Origin: Octopus vulgaris
Taxonomy: Eukaryota
DNA length: 64,000 bases
Direction of reading: 5' to 3'
Assembly (NCBI GenBank): GCA_951406725.2
Contig: OX597815.1
Span: forward strand, 180,668,001 to 180,732,000
Under the pieces are notes generated by a model. That model was given only the letters and a program-made list of their open reading frames with translations, was not told the DNA's origin and ran no database searches. Positions 23,905 through 36,519 of the stretch are shown piece after piece. The position numbers and the translations under genes were made by a program. Positions within the stretch are counted from its first letter, which is position 1. Each line of letters begins with the position of its first letter.

Positions 23905-26430
23905 GACCCTGTGTGATTGGCAAGGTTGTTGTTGTTACGGTTTCGCTTAGAGTGTGGCATGTCGTTGACTGCAGCAAAAGAAGCTCCCAGGATCGAGATT
24001 CCGTTTAGTGCAGAGCTGAGACAGCGGTGGACACAATATGGCAATGAAAGGAAGGGAGACAACTGAGTGTGAGGGTGGGACACAGACAAGCACAGCTTTA
24101 CATATACGAGACGAGCTCCGTGGCACGGCGGTTACAGTAGCGGTGATAGAAAATGCAGACGACAACTCTGTAAAAGGCTGGAATGTGTTGCAAGGTGGAT
24201 GAGTTTATGTCAATCAGCTGAGTGTGCTTTCCTTCCATACAGTGTATAATGTCAGGGCATGGTATGTAGCTGAGCAGAGATCCAAACGTAGAAGCAGTGT
24301 ACCATTGTGGGTCTCATTGGAAACTTTTAAAGAATTTGTAGATGCTGATGTACTGAAGTATACTCTGGTTCTGAAGAGAAAGGTCAGTCTTTTATATGCA
24401 GTATTTGCCATCTTGAAGACGTGTATCTTCCAGCTGAGGTCTTCACTGGTAAGCAGGCTGAGTATTTGAAAAGACTGCGAGAACCTTAGTTCCGTGCTGT
24501 TCGCGTTATTGAAGTGAGATAATGTCTTGATACAAAGACGATACTTTACTTTCGCTTTCGAAAGAGTTAAGGTTGGAATGGTTTTATGTTTTAGGGTCTC
24601 TGATTTAGTAGCTGGTACATATTCGGTGTGATGTGTCACGGGTGGATGTGGATGCCTATGAACACAAGGATAGGAAGGAATGAAGAAAGCTGCCATCTGT
24701 GGCGTTACTGCAGGCGACTGCATGTCGCTTGTTGATATATTTGGAGTGTCTAGGATTAAACCAAACCCTAGGACTTACCAGTGTTCATGGAGTTCGAGAG
24801 TAGTCCGATAGGAAACCACTAGAAACAAGAGACATAGAAGTGTAGTTTTGACAGAAGCTTCAGAGCTGAAAGCTCTTCTGATATCTAATACAACACAGCT
24901 TTATCTTATTTCTTTGTCTTACAAGGGTGAGAGCTTACTGGTAGCTGACGTAGAATAGGTTCCCAATAGATCTGATTTTATGAAAACCATGCAGGTGGTC
25001 ATTAAGGAGCGAAAGAGATTCGAGGTATTCAGTAAGTTTTTTGCTTCCTATGAAATATCTGAAGTGAGTGCTATATGAGAGAAGGGAGCAGGATGTGCAG
25101 AGTTGCTCTTCTTGGGAATGGGAAACAGTGCAGTGTGTTTCCAACAAGCAAAATATATATTTGAGGATGAATAGAGGGAGATTGAAGAGCTTAAGTAATG
25201 GGTTAGCTCTGCGACGCATGGTTTGATGGTAGTGGAGGGCGCCTTGTCAGGTCGTTGGTCTTTTTTGGTTTCACGTGACACAAGATGCTTTCACATCCAG
25301 CGCTTATGAGCACCAGCTGGTGAACCTGGCAGAGTGGAAATGGATTGGTTTGAAAAATAAGTAACTAATGTGCGCAGTTTAAAATTGGGTGCAAAGCGGG
25401 TATCAAATGTAGAGGTTTTCTTTGCGGAAATTATGCTCATAGTATCATGATGGTTGATAAGTGAAGGGACAATATGCATCCACATAGTTGACAGAGATCT
25501 TTCAGTCAAGGGGCCAAAAAGATTGTTTGCAGTTTGAAGGGTGGGAGAACGTGTGGCCTGTGCAGGGTACAGAGGTGTTCCTGCAATTCCGATGATGATC
25601 GTGCAGGAGTTATAGCGCAGGGTAAGAGTCATCCAGTATCTAAGGGTGGGGAATTTTCTGAAGGCTGTGATGTTTTTGTTTTTTTTGAACTGCCGTTGTG
25701 AGTGATCCACTTGCTGGAATTTGGAATTGAAAGTTTTTGATATACATAACATGTGGTGGGATAGGCCCCCAAAAGTTGTTTTCACTCACCCGCTCAGCTG
25801 TTTCTGCTGGATAAGGGGGCGAAGCACGCGTGCTACCAAGAATAGTTAAAGTAGAATGAGTGAAGCTCCGACCAGTTAGCTAAGTTCAGTGATCAGACAA
25901 GCGAGGTTGTCTGATGTGATATGTGAATACATGGTCGGACGGACGATAAGTGAAAGATATTTAAGGCCTATGGCGTTTAAAGAGCAACGGTGTCGATTGA
26001 GTTGAAGTTATGAGTTGGAAATTGCTGCAGATTCCATTTCTGCGCCAGCAATACTAGAATGGAGAAAGTGTGAGAGCCCGGCAAAGTTGCGAGCATGGAA
26101 GTCATCGATGCAAAACAGATATAGCGGAAGAGTTACTGATGCTTCGAAGAATTCGCCGTGAGCAAAGATTACAGATATATTTGGAGTGAGAAAGACAGAA
26201 TAACAGGAATTTTTTTCGATATCGATGTCCAGGTGAGAAAGGTGAGTGACTGGAGAAGTAAAATCTGTGTATGCAGATGCTATCTTTGAAAGTGAAGTTT
26301 GGGTAGAGAGCGTGATCTGGACAGCAGTGAAAAGTTAAAGATAAGGGTCGAAAGACATGTTTCGGAGAAGAATTACCTGTGTGGGATCTCTGCTGGATCG
26401 GAGGCCACAGATGTTAGAGAAGCGGATTGC
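23905..26430 (-). mobile_element. Decayed CR1/L2-group LINE ORF2 (APE endonuclease plus RT fragments)
   Basis: Minus-strand peptide remnants: FSNICGLRS (APE start, ~26400), DKAP..CVAELTHYL, WKHTALFPIPKK..HIALTS, LLNDHLHGFHKIRSIGNL, LSWKIHV..MANTAYKRLTFLFRTRVYFS. Many frameshifts and apparent internal deletions. Confidence 0.8.
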
Positions 26431-26920
26431 TTAACTGGTTAAACTTCAGTTTTACTCAAGTAGGGAAATATAGAGTGGGTCGGTGCGACGTTGGCTCACG
26501 ATAACTCCGGTTAGAAGTTTTCTTGACCCCATACCATATGGACCCCAATGCCTGTAACGAAGTGAACTTCATTAAAGGCACTTATGGATCAACTGATGAT
26601 GTTAATCTAGGTGTGAAGGTGCTTTTTCTTTACAAGTAATGTTTAGTTGTATTTTTTTTATCAGTATCATTTAACTGGCTGTTAAAAATCCATTTAATTT
26701 GAATATGTATGTTTACACACATTTACAGTTATAAATATTTATACATATGCATGCATGCGTCCATCCATACATACATATATATATATACACACACGCATAC
26801 ATACATACATAGCATACATGTATATATGTATATGTATGTATATATATGTGTATATATATGTGTATATGTATGTATATATATATGTGTATATGTATATATA
26901 TATGTATGAATATATAAATA

Positions 26921-26975
<55 letters not shown>

Positions 26976-27461
26976 GAAGAGGGTTTTTTTCCTTCACTGC
27001 TGCTCAGAGATATGGGTTTCAGACAAGCAACGAAAGTAAGCTCTTCCTTTAGAAATATAGATGCTACCAAATGTATAAAGTTCTATCTCATAATTCATAG
27101 TTCAAAATGCAAAATCTACTTTTTTTTTTCAACAAGTAGTTTCAGCCTCGCTGTTAAAAGTAACCAAAAGGATTCTCTTTACTCGGCCATGTTTCTAAAA
27201 GTTATAACCAGAAAAAAAAAAAAAAAAAAAAAAAAAAATATGCAGTGCTCGGTAATCTTTCAGTAAATCTATGTAAAATAACCGACAAAAATGAATAGAA
27301 GAAGATGTATACCGATTAAAGAATAAAAGTTCCAAATCAATATTTCGGATATTGCTATTGATATTATGATCGGAGTCTGTGTGATATGTTACAGAGGTTA
27401 CGTCCATAATGTCGATTTATGGTGGTGTAAAAGAGATTACAGCCAACATTTCAACTTATAT

Positions 27462-27825
27462 CACGTGGAGGTATTGAATATGGTTTAAATGAGAGTATTC
27501 ATATACATCACGTGATATTTTTCACGAAATTCTGAATGACTTATTTGCTAAATCATTTAGCTAAATTCCAGAAGCTGAAAGAAAGTAATCTCATAGAGAA
27601 GCAATGACTAACCCTGAATATGAATGCCATAAAAGCAGTGTTATATACTAAACGCAACAGTGACTTTACATACTTAAATCGAAAGATTATCTCGTGCACT
27701 CTGAATAGAATCTTTTCCCACGTTATCAGCGTATGCACAGCTATGCAAAATAGACTAACCAGTTAACTTTAGTCTTGGTTTATATACGCGATAAAAAGCT
27801 ATACTCTTTAAAACTCCCGTGGAAA
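27462..27825. promoter_or_regulatory. Candidate Notch-responsive enhancer (CSL site, E-boxes, N-box)
   Basis: CACGTG 27462-27467, TCACGTGA 27508-27515, CTCGTG (N-box CACGAG on -) 27691-27696, TTCCCACG 27715-27722 and near-match CGTGGAAA 27818-27825, all in a repeat-free block. Confidence 0.4.
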
Positions 27826-28411
27826 GAAGACGGGAATTCTCTTTCTGATGAAATACTAACAAGAACTGAAACTGGTCAAGCCGATTTCGAATTATTTTTT
27901 GTACCCAAGTTTGCCTTCAACAGCGAGGCTAAAATTGCGTATATATCAAAAATAAAAATCTTACATTTAAGTGTGTGTGTGTGTGTACTGTATGTATGCT
28001 TGTGTGTGTGTGTGTTTTGTATTTATGTTTGTGTGAGTATACTTCTGTTTGTGAGTTTGCATGAAATTGTACGGATCTTGTGTATTTACTCACACGCACC
28101 ACGCATATACACATGCACATATATGCGTGCGTGTAATATGCTTTGTTGTGTTTAGGCACAAATAGACCCCCCCCCCTTTGCTTTTCATTGTTCGATGTTA
28201 TTTCTGCTTTAAAAGAAAATCATCAAAATGTATCCATTTTTACAAAACTACCTCATTTGAAAACAAGATTATAGTTTATAGCCACAGTTTAGAGACTGAA
28301 AAAGGTAAAAAGTAAAAGATTTGTGTGTATGTGTGTTTACATGTCTCACATACACGCTTTAGGTTCCTTCATTGCACCCGAGTACTCTTCTTGACGTCTG
28401 TTTGTCTCTAT

Positions 28412-29056
28412 CAGTGGTTCTCAGCCATTTCATGTTTTTAAAAATCCCATTATATTTTTATAATTAAACTAGCAGTATCGCCCGGCGTTGCTCGGGTTTG
28501 TAAGGGAAATAACTATATAAGCATTTTTAGAGATGTAAAGTATAATAGCCATCTCAATATGCTAACCACAAAGGGGTGGGGTGGGTGTTACTGTAGCTTT
28601 TTACTTTCTGAGATTTAATAAATTTTTAGAGAGTTACTTCCCTTATATATGCCAAAAATGCATTAAAAATGGGAAGAATTGATGGTAATTTTTTTTAAAT
28701 CGTAGACTCATCGTAGACGCGCGCTAATACCCAGAAGGGCTCGATATGAATCACGACTATAAGATACCCGGTTTTGGTTAAACCGCACCGCAAAATGTGG
28801 GAGTAGTTAGGAATCTAAATCGTAGGAGACAGACAGCACACAACCTCACTTTTATATATAAAGATATTATTAAGAATTGTATTTAAAAAAATCGTTAAAA
28901 TATATTATGTGTAGGCGTGGCTGTGTGGTAAGAAGCTTGCTTCCCAATCACATGGTTCTGAGTTCAATTCCACTGCTTGACACCTTGGGCAAGTGTCTTC
29001 TACTATAGCCTCGAGCCGAGCAAAGCCTTGTGAGCAAATTTGAAAGAAGACTGTCG

Positions 29057-29093
<37 letters not shown>

Positions 29094-29377
29094 CCACCAT
29101 CGCTTGACAACCGATGCTGGTGTGTTTACGTCCCCGTAACTTAGCGGTCCGGCAAAAGAGACCGATAAAATAAGTACTAGGTTTACAAAGAATAAATCCC
29201 TGAGTCGATTTGTTCGACTAAAGGCTGTGCTCCAGCATGGCCACCGTCAAATGACTGACTCAAGTAAAAGAATATAAAAAAATATAACCAAATTATTACG
29301 CATAATTTTTAACAAAATCTTTCATAGACCCCTCTAACCCACCCAAGGGTCATATCAGCTCTGGTTGAGAACCTTTG
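28412..29377. mobile_element. hAT (Charlie-type) MITE hosting a Helitron and a SINE
   Basis: Ends CAGTGGTTCTCAGCC and GGTTGAGAACCTTTG. 8-bp TSD GTCTCTAT (28404-28411) and GTCTATAT (29378-29385). Confidence 0.75.
28469..28864 (-). mobile_element. Non-autonomous Helitron
   Basis: Minus strand: 5' TC, subterminal hairpin CCCGAGCAACGCCGGG, 3' CTAG. Inserted between A and T with no TSD. Confidence 0.8.
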
Positions 29378-29385
29378 GTCTATAT

Positions 29386-29555
29386 CACTGGTTCCCAACC
29401 TGCGGTCCACGGACCCCTGTTGGCCCGCAAAGGTAGTACTAGGGGTCCGTGAACTAAGTTCAAAATTTCATATAGATGTAATGTATATAAGGATAAGCAC
29501 ATTAAAAGGGCACCCATGGGTAAACACATTTAAATAAAACGGTTGAGAACCACTA
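29386..29555. mobile_element. Second hAT MITE directly abutting the first
   Basis: Ends CACTGGTTCCCAACC and GGTTGAGAACCACTA. TSD GTCTATAT and GTTTATAT (29556-29563). Confidence 0.75.
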
Positions 29556-30303
29556 GTTTATATAAAGCCCCTTTTCTGTTAATTTAGTATTTTCAAGCTT
29601 TCGCTTTCTTTTTTAAACACTTAAAAAATTTTCTATTTAATCTTTATTATATTTAAATGATGTTATTATTATTATTATTTTTTTATCGTGAAGGTTATTC
29701 CACTCTGATATTTACATTTATAGAATGTTTTTATTCATAAACTTAAAATAAAATGTTATTGTCTGTCAGAGAATTATTTCGAACACTCTGTACTAAGTAA
29801 ATTTATTATACCGTATTATATATTTATAATGTGTGCGTGTGTGTGGTGGTGGGGGTGTAGTAGCCTCTGTTTATTCTTGGTTCCGAAGGAGTCAGCTCAG
29901 CGAGTCGTACGTGGGACGATGATTCGGACCCACGCAGTCTGCATTTCGTTTTTACTTTCACACAAATCCTTACACCTAAGAAAAATGAAGGAAATGGCAG
30001 GAGGCGGTGGGCGTGGGGACGGCTATTTGCTTTATTCTGTGAATTCTGTGATATTCTTAAATTCTTCAAGGCGGTGCCCCAGTATGGCCGCACTCTAACG
30101 ACTGGAACAAGTAAAGCCTGTAAACTAAAAGACAGGTTCAAGCATGGCAGCGTGGTAAGAGGTTCGCTTCCCAGCCACATGGCTCCGCGTGGGCAAGTGT
30201 TTTTTCTACTATGGCCTTGGGCCGACCAAAGTTTTGTGAGTGGATTTGAAAGAAGCCTGCCATATATATATATGCTGAGATTTTTTCTTGAGAACACATT
30301 CTT

Positions 30304-30311
30304 CGTGGGAA
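30304..30311 (+). promoter_or_regulatory. Consensus CSL/Su(H) site CGTGGGAA
   Basis: Exact 8-mer match in unique sequence between SINE fragments. Confidence 0.3.
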
Positions 30312-30493
30312 TGACGATTTGACGTCTATGTTTAGCATATAGGCTGTCCACTTTAGTGGTCATTCCTCTTAATTTTGTATGTAACACACTTTTTAAATGG
30401 AAATGTAAAAGACTTCTTCACTTTTCCCGTCAAACTAAAACACTTGTTGTTCATAGACCTGTCTTCGTCTTTTGTTTTTCTTTATATTTCAAC

Positions 30494-30526
<33 letters not shown>

Positions 30527-30661
30527 ATGAGGGTGTCTGTGTTTGCTTCCCGTCACCGCTTGACAACCGGTGTTGGTGTGTTTACATCCCCGTAATTTAG
30601 TATTTCGGCAAAAGTGACCGATAGAATAAGTACTAGGCTTTACAAATATATATATATATAA

Positions 30662-30870
30662 AGTTAATCCAAACATGAAAACACAAAGAGAAAACGCAAC
30701 AACGCGAGGACGTGGAACAAATATAGTATTATTGGACGCTCAGGAAGGAAGGAAAGAAGGAGGGTTTTCCGTTTCAAGCGGAGCTCTTCGTCAGAAACAT
30801 AGGAAAAGGAAAGATCCAAAGAAGGGAAGACGGAGGAAAAAATCGCCAACGGTACACACGCGGTCACATA
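30662..30870 (-). mobile_element. Family E copy, cleavage triplet mutated
   Basis: 30764-30798 (-) reads GUUU-CUGACGA-A-GAGC(UCC)GCUU-GAA-ACGG-A-AAAC. The 3' end joins (TA)n inside a SINE tail. Confidence 0.7.
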
Positions 30871-31036
30871 TTGTATGTATGTATGTATGTATGTATGTAT
30901 GTATCTATAAGCAATACTAAATCTCTGAGCGAGGTCTATATAATAAACATTGGTGTCGATTCGTTCGACTAAAATTTTTCAAGGTCGTGCCCCAACATGG
31001 CCGCAGCGTAATGACTGAAAGTAGTAGAAGATAATG

Positions 31037-31107
<71 letters not shown>

Positions 31108-31485
31108 GTGAGTGATTGCGTGCATTTAGGTGTCCAAGTGTTTACCTGTGTTTCCAAATATAATTCCGATGATACAAAAGGCAGGGATTTTCAAATTGGA
31201 ATTTGGTACAAACATGATGAGTGGGTTTCTAAAAGAACCAATGTATGAAAGGTGTATAGTAGAGGCGGTCGTTTCCTGCTGGTCAACTGTTTATCATCGG
31301 TAACTGCCCCTGTAGATTTGGCACCAATGAACGAGGTGAAATGCGGTCCATAAATATGTCTGGTGCAGAGTGTTACAACGATATGTGTCCAAATAATACA
31401 ATTTAAAATTATGATTTTTTTTTCTTCTTCTTCAACTTATGTTATAAGAGTTTCTCAAGTGATCGAAATATTCCAATATATACTG

Positions 31486-31681
31486 TCTATCTATCTATCT
31501 ATCTATCTATGTATGTATGTATCTATCCGTCAATCTATCCATCAATGTATCTATCACTCAGTCAATCCATCCATCATTCCATGTCTATGTATGTATGTAT
31601 GTATGTATGTATCTATCTATCTATCCGTCAATCTATCCATCAATGTATCTATCACTCTATCAATCCATCCATCATTCCATG

Positions 31682-31747
<66 letters not shown>

Positions 31748-31810
31748 CGTCAATCTGTCCATCAATGTATCTATCAATCTATGTATCAATCCATCCATCA
31801 TTCCATCTAC

Positions 31811-31900
<90 letters not shown>
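31486..31900. repeat. (TATC)n tract with three higher-order copies of ATCCGTCAATCTATCCATCAATGTATCTATCA
   Basis: Units at ~31525, 31623 and 31745. Confidence 0.85.
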
Positions 31901-31902
<2 letters not shown>

Positions 31903-32133
31903 TTATGATGATCATTATGACACGCACGCAGACGCATGTCGACTCTCATGAAATAATTACATGGTTCAAAGCTTCAATTTTTAGCGGAAGTATCCTTAGT
32001 GCAAAACGTTTACCACACTCATTGATAAAAAAAGATGAAAATCAGGTTCAGTGCCATAATATAATGATATCATCGAAGAGACGACATATTCTAGGCTTGA
32101 ATCAATCATTGGAGTCGATTCGATCGGCTAAAC

Positions 32134-32436
32134 CAGTGGTTCCCAAAGTGGGTGGTACTGTCCCTCTTAGGCGGTGGAAAGATTCAGGTCTGGAGCCCTG
32201 AAGAAAAGTGGGGTCCGTAATAGGGTGGCCAAAAACGCGGTGGGGGGAATGGGGCAATGGAATAAAAATCAACAAAATAGTGGGTTAATTAGGTTAAATT
32301 TTATTTGTAAAACACATTTGTTTTGGATCTGAGGCAGAAAGTGATTTATGCTTGTGGTGGTGGCGGGGTAAGAGGCGCAAGAAATGTGGCCTGGGTGCCA
32401 ATAGGGCGGCAGCCCGAAATAGTTTGTGACCCTCTG
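32134..32436. mobile_element. hAT MITE
   Basis: Ends CAGTGGTTCCCAAAGT and AGTTTGTGACCCTCTG. TSD GGCTAAAC and GGCTAAAA. Confidence 0.7.
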
Positions 32437-32519
32437 GGCTAAAATCATCAAGTGATTGCCCCTTCCACGTTGCGATCTAATGATCGAAAGCAAGAAATAA
32501 AACAATATATGCCTGTATA

Positions 32520-32850
32520 TATGTATAGAAACCGGTTTCTAACCTAGATCCAAAGCTCCTTCATTGGGATTTCAACATCAACAACAGGGTATTTTTTAAT
32601 GTATGTATGTATGTTTTACGTATGTATTCTCATGCATATAGTTGCATATCTAGACATGCTTATATATATTTAAATGATAAACTTCTGGAAAGTTTTACAG
32701 ATTTTTACAGTTCCAGTGATGGCTTGGATCTGCAGTCTTCGAATTAGCTTTCTCCTTTCTGGTTTTGAGAAGCCTAATTTCTCAACATTGGTATTTAGGT
32801 AGTGTGTTACATATCCCAGGGCCCCAATAATTACAGGTATAAACCTGAAC
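32520..32850 (-). mobile_element. 5'-truncated 3' end of a related R4/Dong-like element
   Basis: Minus strand encodes FRFIPVIIGALGYVTHYLNTNVEKLGFSKPERRKLIRRLQIQAITGTVKICKTF, followed by a 3' UTR. Homologous to 53480-53640. Confidence 0.75.
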
Positions 32851-33137
32851 TATGTATGTATGATACTCCGTCGATTACGATGACAAGGGTCCAAAATGAT
32901 GCGATCGGCGGAACAGCCTGTTCATGAAATTAACGTGCAAGTGGCTGAGTGCTTCACAGACACGCGTAATCATTAACGTAGTTCTCAGAGAGATTCAGCT
33001 TGACACAGAATGTGACAACGCTGGTCCTTTGAAATACAGTTACTACTCATTTTTGCCAGCTGAGTGAACTGAGGCAACATGAAATAAACTGTCTTGCTCA
33101 AGGACACAACGCACCGACGGGAATCGAACTCACGACC

Positions 33138-35203
33138 TAACAATTTCTAAACATACAAAGTGCAATTGGCATAATTACAGACATTTAAAGAAATCTACGG
33201 TAAGGAATATACAAGATTGTAACAAGGTATTCGTGCCACAAAATATGAGTGTCAAAGAAGAAGGGAGATAATTTGTAGAAATAATTTCTTTCGTGAGTTA
33301 ATTTACATACTTTGTATGTTTGATCGTTATCTGCATGCAAGGTAACAGCTCTGGCCAAAAGTTTCGATCTATTACAGTTTGTTGACAATAATTGCAGGAT
33401 ATTGAAGCCTTTAAGCTTTTTCACATATAGAAAAGCAGAGCCGTATGTTTATTTTGGCCAAGTGCAATCAACATCATATAGACATATGCATGAATTTACA
33501 TATTCATGAAAATATGACAAATGCTGAAACATCTTTTTGTTTGCTGTAGGAAAATCGATGACGTCTTCCCACAGAAAAGTTACTATGGCACTCACAAATT
33601 TCTAAATAGAACAAGATTGTGTAACAATTACATTCATTGGATACATTCTAGTGTGAAGGACAGAACTGGGATGCAGGAGGAACAGAACTCTGAACAACAA
33701 TCTAACAATCATGTTTTTTTTTTTTCATAAGTTCTGCGCTGTTCTTATTGTCTAAAGACAATCTGTTGCACCCGATCCTGAGGTATGTAGTTTTATCTGT
33801 AACATGAAGTGTCTTACTTGGCCACGGAATTCAAACATAGTGAAAACTTCAAAAATTTAATAAAACGCCTTTTCTGGTTAGTAAAGGCTGACCTGAAAGG
33901 TTTAAAAATCACTCGAATTTGCACAGCAGGTGAAGCTGTCTGTGCCGATACAAAGGCTGCAACTAATTATCTTGAGCAACTGAAAAAAAAAATAGTTGCT
34001 GGAGAAAACTGCACTTTTCTAGAAGCTCATGCTTGCTAGAAAATTTATTTCTCGAGAAGAAAAAAATTAACTCTATGATTTAAAGCTGACGTTACTTTTG
34101 AGAGGAAATGCCATTGGTCATATGAAATTAAAGTCCTTACTCGTGTATCACTTCCAAGAGTCACGCGAAGTTTAATTTGTCACTGATTAAGCATTTAAAT
34201 AAGTAGGCTTGGATGACTAAGAGCCTTTTCGAAGAGTGGTTTACAAACACTTTTTGTAAGATGGTACTGTGTCAGACATAATTCCGACAAAACATTGCTC
34301 TTTTTAGAAAATGCATCAAGAATCCAAGATACTTTCTGATAATGGGAGAGTAGAATATATTCCTTAGAATTACAACTGCTTTCTTCTAGACAATGGATTA
34401 AAGTGTGGAGTTTAACTTCAAAGAATATTCTCTGAAGAACATTCTAACAGCGCACGAAAGCAATTAATTGGGAGGATAGACATCCAGTGAGAAACTTCTG
34501 GAAAGAAAATCAACATAATGGACGCTGTGGATAAGACAGCTGAGTGAGCGAATGAAGTGAAACTCTCAACTTTGAATGATGCTTGGTTAATCTGTATTTG
34601 TGATTTCACAAATTTCACACAAGCAGAAAGTCAACATCACATTCGGAATGATAGTGTGATACTTACAAATAGTGTAGGGTTTGAAGAAGACAAAAGAAGA
34701 GGTTTTTAATTGAGTTACTAATATAGAAAACGTTTATCTAACGAGATGATGTTGTGAGAACAAATGCAAGCTGAGTTACACGTGAGAATACAGAAATTCT
34801 ACTAATTTCACTAATATTGATTGCAAAGAATATTGTTAAAGGGCTGGCACTTAGAGAGGAAGGTCTGCAAGTTTTTGCTGATAATAAACTTAACCGAGAC
34901 CGTCAAAAGAAAAAAAAATTACACAGAAGTTTAGAATGAGCTCACTTCCAAATAAAGAGATGATGTGCCGTAAACATCAAACAATTACGGATGGGTTAGG
35001 GTTAGGGTGTGCCCCTCAAATACATGTTGATGATAATGGACGATAATCTCTCAGTAACTCTCACTCCAAAACTATTCCTCATACTATAGTCAACATATTT
35101 TGTGGTAAGAATACCTTGTTACAATCTTATATATTCCTTACCGTAGTTTTCTTTAAATGTCTGTAATTATGCCAATTGCACTTTGTATGTTTAGAAATTG
35201 TTA
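33138..35203. repeat. 110-bp inverted repeat pair (33138-33247 and 35094-35203)
   Basis: TAACAATTTCTAAACATACAAAGTGCAATTGGC...CCACAAAATATG and its reverse complement, with few mismatches. Confidence 0.85.
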
Positions 35204-35350
35204 TTTTCTTCTATAGAAGTGTCAAGTTCCCTCCTTTTGGCGTTGTGTTTTTTTTTTTTTTTAAATATCTGCCAGACCACATTATCACTCTATAATATGA
35301 AAATCAATGGGAAGTTAATTTCGTGTAACGGAGAGTTTTTCAGGCACGTA
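33780..35350 (+). mobile_element. Decayed Tigger/pogo-type (CENP-B-like DDE) transposon
   Basis: Remnants TAGEAVCADTKAATNYLEQLKKKI, AWMTKSLFEEWF and KTLLFLENAS are typical of Tigger transposases. Multiple stops and frameshifts. Confidence 0.7.
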
Positions 35351-36519
35351 TTATTCCTGTAAAGCAGGCAGTTCATATCTATCCATCCATCTATCTATCT
35401 ATCTATCTATCGATCGATCTGTCTGTCTGTCTCTAGCCTCAATTGTAATAAGTAATATTCATTCACCAAGTTATACTTGTATTTACTAATTTAGATCTAA
35501 AAGAAGCAACTGGTGAACGTTAAACCTTGGTGTATCAAGAAACGTTTTTTTGCCCACTGATATAAAACGTTATCCAATCTTATTTTAATGTGAAAAAAGA
35601 TTTTTCATTTTTGAAAATGTATTTGAAATATGTTTATTACACGTTTTAAATATCTCTTTCTATGAAAAATCACAAACTAAACACCCAGCACCACTGCATA
35701 GCATCCCCAAAAGCTGTTATCACTCCCTTGTGATCTCACAACGCCCTCAAGAAGTCGCTACCGATTAAACTAAAATCCACTGATGCACAGACTTCTCCGT
35801 TGGCTGGTTTTCTATGAAAGTTGTATTTGACAGCATACCTGGGAGGTAATGAGACGTCGAATTATATCTAGAATGCAGAGAAACAGTAATTTAAGCATTT
35901 GACCCAATCTAGACCTTTATAATAATGATTTCTTTGATAGCCACAAGGTCACACACACCCACTAGGTCAAAAAGGGCACATGGTCAAACAACCAAAGCCA
36001 GGCATAGCTTCAAGACCACACACAGCCTCAAAAGCACTCAGTTGTGAGACCACACATAACCGCGAAGTCACATTTGATCATCAGGCAACACACAGTCGCA
36101 AGACTACACACAGTCCACAGTGAGTGAAGTTAATTTAGTCAACCCAGCACTTATACTTATTTTGTCAGCCCTGAAATGATAGAAGGAAAGAAAGGAAGGA
36201 AGGAAGAAAGAAATCGATAAATCAACATAATGCTCTATCTACTTTGATTCTCACTGCTTTTTATTTAGTACAACGCGATAAATTTGCGTAGTTATAATGT
36301 ATTACTGCTACTTATTTTACAGACTCGAGAAGGTTTGAAAAGTTGAGTCAAGAGTTGAACTTGAAACGTTGAGGAAAGTGATTAAATGATATCAAGTGTA
36401 GTTGGTCTTAATCCATCTCTCTACTTTTCGATTTGTAGTTGTGTGTCAATAATAACAATGCTTTATAATTAAGGTACCAGGTCAGATATATATATTTTTT
36501 TGAGTGGGGAGGGTTCATC

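Noticed and set aside
27842-27880. CTGATGA...GAAACTGGTC hammerhead-like words
   Set aside because: No stem II can form and stem I is only 2-3 weak pairs. Treated as chance.
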